From: an uncultured Chloroflexia bacterium
GTDB lineage: Bacteria; Chloroflexota; UBA6077; JACCZL01
DNA: 64,000 bases
Direction of reading: 5' to 3'
NCBI GenBank assembly: GCA_963765765.1
Contig: CAVXYC010000020.1
Span: forward strand, 128,001-192,000
Part shown: piece after piece, positions 31,901-40,637 of the stretch
How positions within the stretch are numbered: position 1 is the stretch's first letter
Layout of the letters: every line of letters starts with the position of its first letter
The notes under the pieces: generated by a model
Seen by the model: only the letters and a program-made list of their open reading frames with translations
Database searches by the model: none
What the model was told of the DNA's origin: nothing
Program-made: the position numbers and the translations under genes

Positions 31901-32074
31901 TTTCCTCATCCCTTCGTCGATCTCGCTCAAGATGCTGTTCTACGATGTAAAGGTATGGGTTTTCCTCAGAATCAGCCATGATCACCTCGTTCTGGTGACT
32001 AGGCACCGGGCTCCGCTTAGACAGGAAGCAGACTTACGGGCGTTAATCAGACGCCACCCGGCCCCGGTGCGATT

Positions 32075-32232
32075 CTAGCCCGTGGAGATGGCTCGACGAA
32101 TCAACTCAGCCGCCTCAGCACCGTGCTCATTCAATGCATGAGCATAGATGCTCACGGTAATCTGCGGGCTGACATGACCGGGAGTGCTGACACAGCGGTG
32201 AAGGGGAGTCCCTTCCCGAGGAGCAGCGAGGC
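32075..32232 (-). pseudogene. Tyrosine integrase 3' remnant (copy 1)
   Basis: ASLLLGKGLPFTAVSA/[frameshift]/GHVSPQITVSIYAHALNEHGAEAAELIRRAISTG*, i.e. box II His and catalytic Tyr region. Confidence 0.85.
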
Positions 32233-32407
32233 CTAGAAGATGGCCCGAAAGATCCCGATGACCAGGCCGCCGGCGAGACCGGAGGATCGCAAGGACGAGC
32301 ATCAGGACTTGCAGCACCAACTGTACGACTGACCGCACGATCTGAGCGACGAGCTCTGCGATCGTCCGAGCGATCTCAGGCACTGAGTGGGAAGGGCGAT
32401 CGATCAT
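32233..32407 (-). CDS. Small amphipathic/hydrophobic protein whose frame runs into the integrase remnant
   Basis: AGGAGG RBS before ATG 32407; IARTIAELVAQIVRSVVQLVLQVLMLVLAILRSRRR. Confidence 0.45.
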
Positions 32408-32646
32408 CGGGTCCTCCTATATGACCGGGGCATGCCCGCCCTCCCGTGGGACAAGCATACATGCCTCGGCCGGGGACTCTAACAGAATCTATACCGTCCA
32501 AACAGCAGTGCGATCTCCGTGATTCCCTCTTCCCTCGGCTCTCCGAGAGTTGTGCCAGTCTTCGGCGGCTGAGGAGTGGGCTCCCCAACGAAGACATTGA
32601 GCGGTTCGAAACTCAAATCGGTGGTCCGGAGGCTAAACCCTCCTGA

Positions 32647-32667
32647 GGGCGCTGTAATGGGCGCTGT
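32647..32667. repeat. Direct repeat GGGCGCTGT x2, candidate arm-type sites
   Basis: 12-bp period, ~25 nt beyond the 3' end of integrase remnant copy 2. Confidence 0.4.
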
Positions 32668-32689
32668 CGGCCTTCAGGGCCCTGGACAT

Positions 32690-32795
32690 TTCATGCGCAG
32701 CTTGCTGGTCCTGTTGGCCAATGCATGGGCATCGACCCCATCGTGATCTGTGGGCTGGCGTGGCCCAGGCGGGCCGATACAGCGGTTACATGACG
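32690..32795 (-). pseudogene. Tyrosine integrase 3' remnant (copy 2)
   Basis: HVTAVSARLGHASPQITMG/[frameshift]/VDAHALAN..(DQQAA). Confidence 0.85.
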
Positions 32796-33097
32796 TTGAT
32801 CTGGCCCGAAGCGGAACGAGACGTTGCCCCGACGGGAAGCACCCGTACTGCTGTGCGGTCCGGAGCCGTAACGCCCGGCACGTTGGATGCTTTCGTGCGC
32901 CAACAGCTTGCCGAGAATCCCGAACTATACTGCCCGCACTCGCAGCTCCGGGAGCCCGTGCCCGCTCTACTTGACCCAAGCCCCAAGTTAGAACCACCTT
33001 CACATTCGCAGCCAGCGAACCACCTTTCGCGCCAATTACTGAGCGACGTTCGAATCCGCGCATTGGCCTTAGTCCCGACTGCTCCACGTGCTTTTGC

Positions 33098-34666
33098 CTA
33101 ATGGTATTTCCAACCATTCACAGTCATGCCAATACGGTTGCTGCCGACACCAGAAGCGCTGTTCCGATCCACAACGTCAGCCAAGCACCGTGTCATTTGA
33201 ATAGTGCGCCAACCTACTTCCGAAAATGTGTCCGGGCGAAAAACATGTTCAGAAAGCAAAGGGTTTGTGAACGCTTGGGAAAATGCGTCTAAAGCGACCA
33301 TCCGACTAATTAGTGGAGGCAGGGGAGTATTAGCGTCTGGATCTTCCGCGAAAAGTCCGATGTAAAACTCGATACTATCCACGTTGGGATAATTCTGAGC
33401 GAGAAACTCCACCACTCTCTTGTTCTTTGAGATATCGGAGAACTTTTTAGGCCTCTGTAATGAAACATATTCGCGATAGTTTGCGTACGAATCGAGTCTA
33501 CATAGTCGCCCCTGTTCAATTGCCTTCACTTCGAGACCAATAAGCGCCTCTGCTGTATTGAAGGGGCCGAGTCGCCCAGCCTTCTGAGAGCTGATACCAG
33601 CGAATGCCCCAACGAGTCCTGCACTCAGCAACAGTTGATTGTTCATAAACGTTGTCGCCACAGGGTGGGGAGTCCCGCTCCAAGTAATAGTATCTGGAAC
33701 TAGGGAATGCCAGCGGTAAAGCAAGCTGAATTCCGCAGTAATCCAGTTTGGCTTATTCCAAGCCGCGTTCCACGCAATGGACGGGTCAGCGTGAAGCTCA
33801 AATGGAATTCCTGATATGTGGTTGATATATTCTTCAACAACTATCTTGATAAATAGCACTATTACTGTATTCCGGGCCGTCTGAAATACTCGCTCATCGT
33901 CCCAGTTAGGGTTCGACATCGCCAGTTCCGCGGCGACACGGTTGTGCTCTCGCAAAAATAATGTGTTTATCATTGCCACTTGCGGAGCGCCGTTTACGCG
34001 ATCACCACCGGCAGCGAATATATTGGCACGGTACTCTATAGGGCAATTATCAATTCCAAGTGGTACGTCTAATTCATTGAACTCGCTCTTCGTCGTTACT
34101 CCATCAGACTCAAACAAAAATGGTGAATATTCCTCTCCAGATATGATCTGGGACTTCAACCGACCTTTAAGTTCTGCATTAGTGGAGTTGACGCGAAGTT
34201 GTTGCGTTTGCCTTTCGTTTCTTCCGTATAGCGTGCAAAGGTCAATATTATGGTTAGATGTATTCTGCCTTCGTAACGGGTCATCCTGTTCGCCTTTACT
34301 TGTATTGGGCATTTTGGTACGTATAAAGCCATCGGTAAGATACTGAGCAAATGCTGGGAACAGGCACGTTGACTTGCTTGAAAGAACTTGACCATCGTCA
34401 GTTCTAAGAAAGAATCCTTTTAAAGATTCTGCTCTGGGAAGGTCTTGTAGATCCGCCGCCGGTAAATGACGAGCCATCCAAAGCTGGTTTGTTAAGGAGG
34501 TCCAAGAAACATAATCGTGAGCCGTGCTCCAAGGATGGGGCCGGTGTCTAGAAACGTTAATTGCCTCGTTTATAGCCAGTTTGTTAACTATTCGGCTAAG
34601 CCATGGCGAACGGTTGGCCAGAATCGCAATGGGTCGCTGAACGAATGGGGGAATGTAGTTAAGCAC
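33098..34666 (-). CDS. Haem peroxidase of the peroxidase-cyclooxygenase superfamily (COX-like fatty-acid dioxygenase)
   Basis: FAQYLTDGF, NHNIDLCTLYG, LFLREHNR, WDDERVFQTAR, KIVVEEYINHISG, NWITAEFSLLYRWHSLVPD; GTG start after AGGAGG; AT-richer than host. Confidence 0.9.
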   Translation of the reverse strand: MLNYIPPFVQRPIAILANRSPWLSRIVNKLAINEAINVSRHRPHPWSTAHDYVSWTSLTNQLWMARHLPAADLQDLPRAESLKGFFLRTDDGQVLSSKSTCLFPAFAQYLTDGFIRTKMPNTSKGEQDDPLRRQNTSNHNIDLCTLYGRNERQTQQLRVNSTNAELKGRLKSQIISGEEYSPFLFESDGVTTKSEFNELDVPLGIDNCPIEYRANIFAAGGDRVNGAPQVAMINTLFLREHNRVAAELAMSNPNWDDERVFQTARNTVIVLFIKIVVEEYINHISGIPFELHADPSIAWNAAWNKPNWITAEFSLLYRWHSLVPDTITWSGTPHPVATTFMNNQLLLSAGLVGAFAGISSQKAGRLGPFNTAEALIGLEVKAIEQGRLCRLDSYANYREYVSLQRPKKFSDISKNKRVVEFLAQNYPNVDSIEFYIGLFAEDPDANTPLPPLISRMVALDAFSQAFTNPLLSEHVFRPDTFSEVGWRTIQMTRCLADVVDRNSASGVGSNRIGMTVNGWKYH

Positions 34667-35161
34667 TGGGTCCTCCTGTATGCCGTCAGTGAACGAACCG
34701 CTAATGCGAGGATCGATGCAGTAGGATGGTATTCTTGGATCGTTTCGCATGGCGTGTCAAGACCCATTTAGGCGGCACGCGCTGAGCGATCGTCCCTGGG
34801 GAAGCACGTTTCTCTCGAACTCGGGAAACGTCCCCCCGCACAGCCGCAAGGTGTATGGGAACCTGGAGATCGGTGGTCGATGTTGTGCGTTCGACCACAA
34901 CCAGGCGGGCGAACCGGTTCAGAAACAAGTGGGACAGTCATTCAAGCGCTAGTGAATCGCGTTTGGGTGCTCCACGCATGTTCTATGGGCGGCCGCTCAG
35001 TGATCGGCAATGACACTCGGGCATCTTTGACCAAGTCCCATGTCGCCAGGGAGTCCAGCAAATCCAGTGTTGTGGATTACTGCGATTTCAGCGTGCTCCC
35101 TGGGGGTTGCGTTTCCGTGGAGTCGTGATTCAATTTTCGCAGCGGCACGGCAGATCGACCC

Positions 35162-35279
35162 TTACCGTTTTCGCAACGAAGCTGCCGATCAACTCGGGGG
35201 CTTCGGCAGCGTGCTCCTTCAGCGTCTGGGCGTAAATGCTCAACGTGATTTGTGGGCTGGCGTGCCGAAGGTCGCTACT
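35162..35279 (-). pseudogene. Tyrosine integrase 3' remnant (copy 3)
   Basis: DLRHASPQITLSIYAQTLKEHAAEAPELIGSF; 19/26 residues identical to copy 1 from the His onward. Confidence 0.85.
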
Positions 35280-35350
35280 TGCTATTGGATAGGAGCCGCA
35301 CTTCGGGGCGATCGCATTTGCAACCGCATGTCAGTCTGCGTCGATTTGGT

Positions 35351-36589
35351 TCAGCCACTTGTGGCGGGCAATGGGAACTTGAACCGCCTCGCCTGACTGG
35401 TGATCCATGAGGTGATGCCATTTGGAGTCAATGCTTCGTCGACCGAAAAGAGATAAGCCGCCGGTGACGCTCGGAACATTGCGTCTCTCTTCTTTTGTGC
35501 ATCTCGGTACACGGGCAACAAACTGAAGGCCAGCGATCCTACACCCAGCAGCGCGCTCGAAATAGGGTCTCCCGTGGAAATGTGGAGCAGCTTTTCGGCG
35601 CTTGTGAACAAGGCCGGGGCTGCCACACTCACGTTCAGCGCACTTTGAACCACGTCGACACCTTGCGACCGCAAGCTCTCACGCAGTGTTTCCTGCTGGT
35701 CCCGTAGCGCCTCGGCCTCCACTTCCAGACGTGTCTGAAGCTCGGCGTGGCTGGTCACCCCGTCGAGCCAGGCCATGTTGCCGACCCGCTCGTGAATGTG
35801 CGTTCGAAACGCCACAAGCTCTTCTCTCCGGCGCTCTCGCAGCTGGAGCAAATTCTCCACCGATACGTCCGCAATGTTCTTTGGAACGACGGCTTGAATG
35901 GCAAGCGAGGCGAGCTGAGCTTCCACTTCGCGGTGCGTCGGAGTATCTCCAACGAGGTTAGCTCCTTCGAGCAGCGCCTGCGCCAGGCGCTCCACGGAGC
36001 AGCCCGAGATTCCGAGATGGTTCACGGTCTCGTCGGTGGTGGGAATCAGCCGGTCCTGATCATCCAGCCCAGGACTAGCAGTGCACATTTCCTCCGCGAG
36101 TTTGGCTACATAGACGGTGGCGAGCTTTGGTGGCACTGCCAGCCATCGTCTCTTCGAGCCAGCATCAAAATAGGGCTGGGCGAGAAAGCGTTGTTGAAGG
36201 GCTTCCGCCAGTTCCTCAGAAAGCTTTTCTTCCGCCAGGACGTAGCCCATCCTCGGGTCCGGCTGCGGCGCACTGGGTGGGATAAAAATCCCTTGTCGTC
36301 GGGGCAGTGCATCCGACGGTCGATCCTTGAAATACTGGCTGAGTGCATCACCGTGCTCATGCACAAGCTGGACGAAGCTCTGTCCGACCCGCTTCATGGC
36401 TGTGGGATCCGGCGGGAAGTCACGGATAAAGCCAGCGTCCTTCAACAGTCGGACGGTCTCTGAATCCTCCGTTGGATGGTCGGGAGGGACGATGCGAGCA
36501 AGCTTGTCCCAGTACAGCGTCGCCAGCTTGACCCACCGATCGTCCTGGAAGTGCATAAACGGGTGGTAGAGGCCGATGAATGTCGCCAC
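35351..36589 (-). CDS. DUF6236-like hypothetical protein
   Basis: N-terminal GLYHPFMHFQDDRWVKLATLYWDKLARIVP, coiled coil, C-terminal hydrophobic helix and SPAAYL; family recognised from memory, not searched. Confidence 0.7.
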   Translation of the reverse strand: MATFIGLYHPFMHFQDDRWVKLATLYWDKLARIVPPDHPTEDSETVRLLKDAGFIRDFPPDPTAMKRVGQSFVQLVHEHGDALSQYFKDRPSDALPRRQGIFIPPSAPQPDPRMGYVLAEEKLSEELAEALQQRFLAQPYFDAGSKRRWLAVPPKLATVYVAKLAEEMCTASPGLDDQDRLIPTTDETVNHLGISGCSVERLAQALLEGANLVGDTPTHREVEAQLASLAIQAVVPKNIADVSVENLLQLRERRREELVAFRTHIHERVGNMAWLDGVTSHAELQTRLEVEAEALRDQQETLRESLRSQGVDVVQSALNVSVAAPALFTSAEKLLHISTGDPISSALLGVGSLAFSLLPVYRDAQKKRDAMFRASPAAYLFSVDEALTPNGITSWITSQARRFKFPLPATSG

Positions 36590-36712
36590 GGTTCCTCTTT
36601 CTCCGACGTGCCGCCGGTCACGTGCTCAGATTAACTCGGTGAGAGACCTTCCGAAATCGCCGAGCTGGCCTTGCTACATCAATTGCCACAGAGTAGCAAT
36701 TGAGAAGCTGAG

Positions 36713-37120
36713 TCAGGTTCGCGCACGTGCGGACCGCCTTGCATGTGTACGTTCCATCCGGCCAATTTGCCAATCAACACGTGGCCCCGAGCTGCTGTCA
36801 CCTTCCTGAGCGCGCAATATGTATGGCTGTTGTGGAATGCGCCAGCACACCAGTGGTTTGCGGAACCGTTCGATGATCCACGCCTCGCCCTGGACAGTCG
36901 GCTGCTCTTCCGTGCGCTCGTGGATCCAGCCGAACGGGCTCGCGGAGATCTCGAACTGCCCATGTGCGTCAGGAGCCCCTCGAACGAAAACGCTCAGTGG
37001 CGAAGTGAGCAAACGCCATTGAGTGAGTGCACCGACGATGAACTGGCGGTACAGATCGATTTCAAACTCACTCGACGGAATTTTGGGCTTCAGAAAGTTG
37101 CGCACGCGCCGTGCGGTCAT
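36713..37120 (-). CDS. Hypothetical protein
   Basis: GGAGG RBS before ATG 37120 (MTARRVRNFLKPK...); C-terminus possibly decayed. Confidence 0.5.
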   Translation of the reverse strand: MTARRVRNFLKPKIPSSEFEIDLYRQFIVGALTQWRLLTSPLSVFVRGAPDAHGQFEISASPFGWIHERTEEQPTVQGEAWIIERFRKPLVCWRIPQQPYILRAQEGDSSSGPRVDWQIGRMERTHARRSARART

Positions 37121-37488
37121 GGTTGTCCTCCTCTGAGGAGGTCCATCGACACGCGGAACCGGGCCAACCATTGCACCAGCCGGAGAATCGCAGTTATGCC
37201 TAGTACGCACTGAAGTCCGAAGCGGTTCGTCACGATCTGTCAACGCGGACATGAAGCCCGTGGAGCCATCACAGAGGCCTACCACCTCGAGTGCCAATGA
37301 GCAGCATTTGTGTGATCGACGTCTAGGTCAAGGTCAAGTATCTATCCAAGTTAACAGCGGTCAACCTCCCCGGGGGACTACTCACATGGTGCGATCAGCG
37401 AGTGCATCTCGTGAGGTGATCTCGTACAGGCCGATGTGCCGTGAGGACGTCGTGGCGGGTGCGGTGACCGAGCCACGGGCGGTCTCAG

Positions 37489-38100
37489 TCAGGCGACAGA
37501 TACTCGCGCGGAGCGTCGAGAGAATGCGCTGACCAACGCGGCGGCAAACAGAAGTATCAGGTAGATCGAGTACTCCAGCTCAACGTTACGGCTTGACACG
37601 GGCCAAAAGAGGGACACGCCGCTGGTTGCAAGGTCGCGGAGCAAATGCGTTGCTACACCGAAGGCGATGGTCAGGATGAGCTCACGATGCCGGCCGCGGC
37701 TGATAATGGCTATGCCGACCATGACGACGATCGTCGCCAGAGAGTGCGAATAAGGACGCCTGGTCCCTTCGGTGAATACTCCCCAGCCGAAGATCTCCGA
37801 AGGGATGTGATCGACGTCAATCAGAACGCCGCCAGACAAGGCGGCAACGATCAATGGGGCCGATACTCGTCGTTGCAGTATTGCCATGACCCCGAGGAAT
37901 AAGACCATCGTCGTTGCGCTGTGTCCAGTCTCATCGAGGACGGCTTCGACCCAGCGCGGCCACGATCCACTTCGGAGAATCACGTCTATGACAGACGGGA
38001 TAAGAACCAACACGAGAGAGACCCACGGCGCTTCGAACAGCCGTCGAAATCCGTCAACCTTGATTGCGCGTGCAGGGGAAGGATTGCTGGAAAGGGCCAT
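37489..38100 (-). CDS. YdjM-like membrane-bound metal-dependent hydrolase
   Basis: DETGH, LIDVDHIP, RPYSHSL, THLLRD, GVSLFWP with TM helices. Confidence 0.85.
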   Translation of the reverse strand: MALSSNPSPARAIKVDGFRRLFEAPWVSLVLVLIPSVIDVILRSGSWPRWVEAVLDETGHSATTMVLFLGVMAILQRRVSAPLIVAALSGGVLIDVDHIPSEIFGWGVFTEGTRRPYSHSLATIVVMVGIAIISRGRHRELILTIAFGVATHLLRDLATSGVSLFWPVSSRNVELEYSIYLILLFAAALVSAFSRRSARVSVA

Positions 38101-38342
38101 GAGACGGGGAATGCTAACGCTTCCGAATTCTTATTGGCGGAGCGGACATCGCGTTGCTGTAACGCTGATGTATCACCACGGACACGTTGCCCGCCCACGA
38201 TGAGCTCAGCATTCTGACTCTGCATCACCTCGACCATGCAACCGGCGCCGTCTATACAGGCGGCATAGTCTAGGCTAGAGGCATACCTGGCGACATGATA
38301 GGCAAGTCACATCATTAAGCGAGAGCAGTTCCTGCGAGAGTA

Positions 38343-39128
38343 TTGGTGACCGAGCACATCATTGGCCCGCTGTACTGGGAACGGCTGGGCAAGATTGGTC
38401 GCCCTATGCTTCTTGTGCATCCCAATCCGTACGACCGGTCGGCATGGCTGTTCCAGATGGCCCATTTCTCCACCTGGTTTCAGACCATCGCGGTTGACTT
38501 GCCGGGGTTTGGGCGGTCGCCGACGGCCACGGCTGGACTGACGATGGCGGAGGTCGCTGAAGCCTGCTGGGATACGCTAGATGAGGTCAGTACAGACGCA
38601 GCGATTCTGGTGGGATGCTCTACGGGCAGCACAGTTGTGGCTCACATGGCGGCGCAGCGTCCGGAGCGCACGCTCGCGCTGATACTGCCTGGAGCCGGCT
38701 ACCGACCAGTCAAAAACGGCGTACTCGAGAATCTGGCGCATTACGAGAACGACGGCCTGGTTTACCGCAAGGAACACGCGCCTGTGAATTTCAGTGCCGA
38801 GTTTCGCGCGACCCCGCTCGCCCGGTACTTCTTACGCCTTTTTCTGGAGCGTGACAGCTCCGCGGACATTGACACCATCGTCAATCTGCTCAAAGCTACG
38901 AGCCAGCCAGACCCCGACGATCTGCACGCGCGCATCTCAGCGCCGACGTTGATCATCAGCGGCACGGAAGACAATACTCGCCTGCCGTCTTTTGAGCTCC
39001 ACAAGCGCATTGCCGGATCCGAGCACGTCAGCATCCAGGGCGCGGGCCATGCGTGCTTCATGGAGCAGCCGTGGGAGGTTGATGCTCAGATCATCGAATT
39101 CCTGCGGCGCCACGGTCTCTTGGAATGA
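38343..39128 (+). CDS. Alpha/beta hydrolase
   Basis: DLPGFGRS, GCSTG elbow, PTLIISGTED, AGHACFMEQP. Confidence 0.88.
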   Translation: MVTEHIIGPLYWERLGKIGRPMLLVHPNPYDRSAWLFQMAHFSTWFQTIAVDLPGFGRSPTATAGLTMAEVAEACWDTLDEVSTDAAILVGCSTGSTVVAHMAAQRPERTLALILPGAGYRPVKNGVLENLAHYENDGLVYRKEHAPVNFSAEFRATPLARYFLRLFLERDSSADIDTIVNLLKATSQPDPDDLHARISAPTLIISGTEDNTRLPSFELHKRIAGSEHVSIQGAGHACFMEQPWEVDAQIIEFLRRHGLLE

Positions 39129-39132
39129 TTCG

Positions 39133-40195
39133 GTGAACGTGCCTGGATCCGCAAACTGGCACGACCTCGCCTGGTGGACCGATCAGCTCGGGGGCGTCGG
39201 AATTGCCGATCCAGAGTTATGCAACCACCGGATCACGCTTGCGCACTACGAGCTCTCTCAAGCGCTCGGTGCCGCAATCGGAGCGACCGCCCGGCGCCAA
39301 CTTTCACACTTGGGCTGTGTGGGGCTCCTGGAAAGCCGGTACCACGATTCGACAGCAGGATGTCCCTCATTTGGGCATGTGCACCATATCCCTTGGCAGC
39401 GTGGTCGGTGCTTCACTGGCCGGAGGACTGCTCAATCCTGGCGTTCATCGCCGGGTGTTGGGCGTCGCCGCAGCGCTCGGGGGCATGCTGACTGCGAATC
39501 TGGTGACGAATCGCTTGCTGCGTCGCGCTTCAAGCATGGTGCTGGAAGGTAACCGCCTGGTCCTGATCGACATCGGCTCCGCTACCGCGCGCTATCTATC
39601 CATGCTCGGCCCACTTGATGCACCCGACAGCGAGCTGATGAACGCGTTTCTCGGAACGCTGCGGCCGGGCCCTGCTATTGACCGCGGCCAAGACCTCCTG
39701 CGAGACGCCTTTCTAAATTACGATGCTGCCCGCTGGGAAACTGATCCAGATCGACAACACGAGTACATGCTGCTTGCGAATCTTCAGGCGATCCTGCACG
39801 AGCACATGCGACTGGAGCCGTATATCGACGCGGCAGTACCCTCTCCGTTACGTCGACTCGTAACCACTCGTTTACTGAGCTTTCAGGTCGGGCTCTCTCG
39901 GCCAAGCGTCGGCACCAATGTTGGCTCGCCTGGCACCGATCCATACCCGGCCACACTCGGAACACTGGAGAACCCAGCGCTCGTAGAGATGCTCAACGGC
40001 GCCTCAGGATGGGACCGCACACTCAATCAGCTTACTGGCAGCGCAGCACGAGACTGGACAAAGCTGGCTCAGCGCATGAACTACATTACTGACCTGTTCC
40101 GCTCGCGGCACCTGGATCGAGCGGTGTTCCAGTGTCTGTTCAGCGCGATCGAAATGGCCCAGCTCCGCCGGGGACAGGTGCCGGATTCCCTGTGA
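39133..40195 (+). CDS. Conserved hypothetical protein; frameshift near 39290
   Basis: IADPELCNHRITLAHYELS / ANFHTWAVWGSWKAGTTIR, GNRLV..DIG, HEHMRL.PYI, WTKLAQRMNYITDLFR. Confidence 0.7.
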
Positions 40196-40375
40196 TATAG
40201 AACGCTGAGCTTCGCGGTCAAGCCGTAGCGAGAGACGGTGCTCCCATATCGTCAAGTTAGGCAATGGTTGAGACGTGGCGACGGAACGGCTATCGAGGTC
40301 GCGACTCGGAAATTCTCTTATTAGTCATGCGGGAACTAAGCATCTCTGCTCGCGCTCGTCTGATCAAGCGTCCTT

Positions 40376-40458
40376 GTCAACCTGAGCGTCTAGCGAAGGA
40401 TTTTTTATCGGTCTCACGGACCCCTCCGGAAGATCCTTCGCTAGACGCTCAGGTTGAC
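40376..40458. repeat. Perfect 25-bp inverted repeat (MITE/REP-like)
   Basis: GTCAACCTGAGCGTCTAGCGAAGGA / TCCTTCGCTAGACGCTCAGGTTGAC. Confidence 0.8.
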
Positions 40459-40637
40459 GAGGAATTCTTGACGTTGCCTAGCGAAGGAGGACAAGGAGGA
40501 CAATGGCGTCTGAGATGGTGAATGACTCCATCTCATTACGTGCTCAGGAATCCAGGAACGGAAAAAGGCCTTCCCCCCACTCGATCGGAGTGGTCAGGAA
40601 AGCCTTCAGAGTCGACCGGCACGTCGATTTCTCTAAA

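Larger units (their letters stand above)
27605..38300. mobile_element. Degenerate accessory island anchored at tRNA-Ser(GCT); right boundary uncertain
   Basis: Abrupt switch to hypothetical and fragmented genes, heterogeneous base composition, several integrase 3' remnants, phage-type DUF5681 relic. Confidence 0.75.

Noticed and set aside
36735-36800. Possible sixth integrase remnant (QQLG/GH...MERTHA on the - strand)
   Set aside because: Very degenerate and overlaps a called ORF; cannot be told from chance.
37360-37400. GTCAACCTCCCC resembling the start of an IscB omega/HEARO RNA
   Set aside because: Only ~10 nt of similarity, no following conserved stems and no IscB/TnpB ORF.
27605-40600. 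attR (duplicated tRNA-Ser 3' end) and integron attC sites
   Set aside because: Only short GTTCGAA matches at ~32604 and ~33048; no extended tRNA identity, no recurring attC-like palindromes and no IntI gene.
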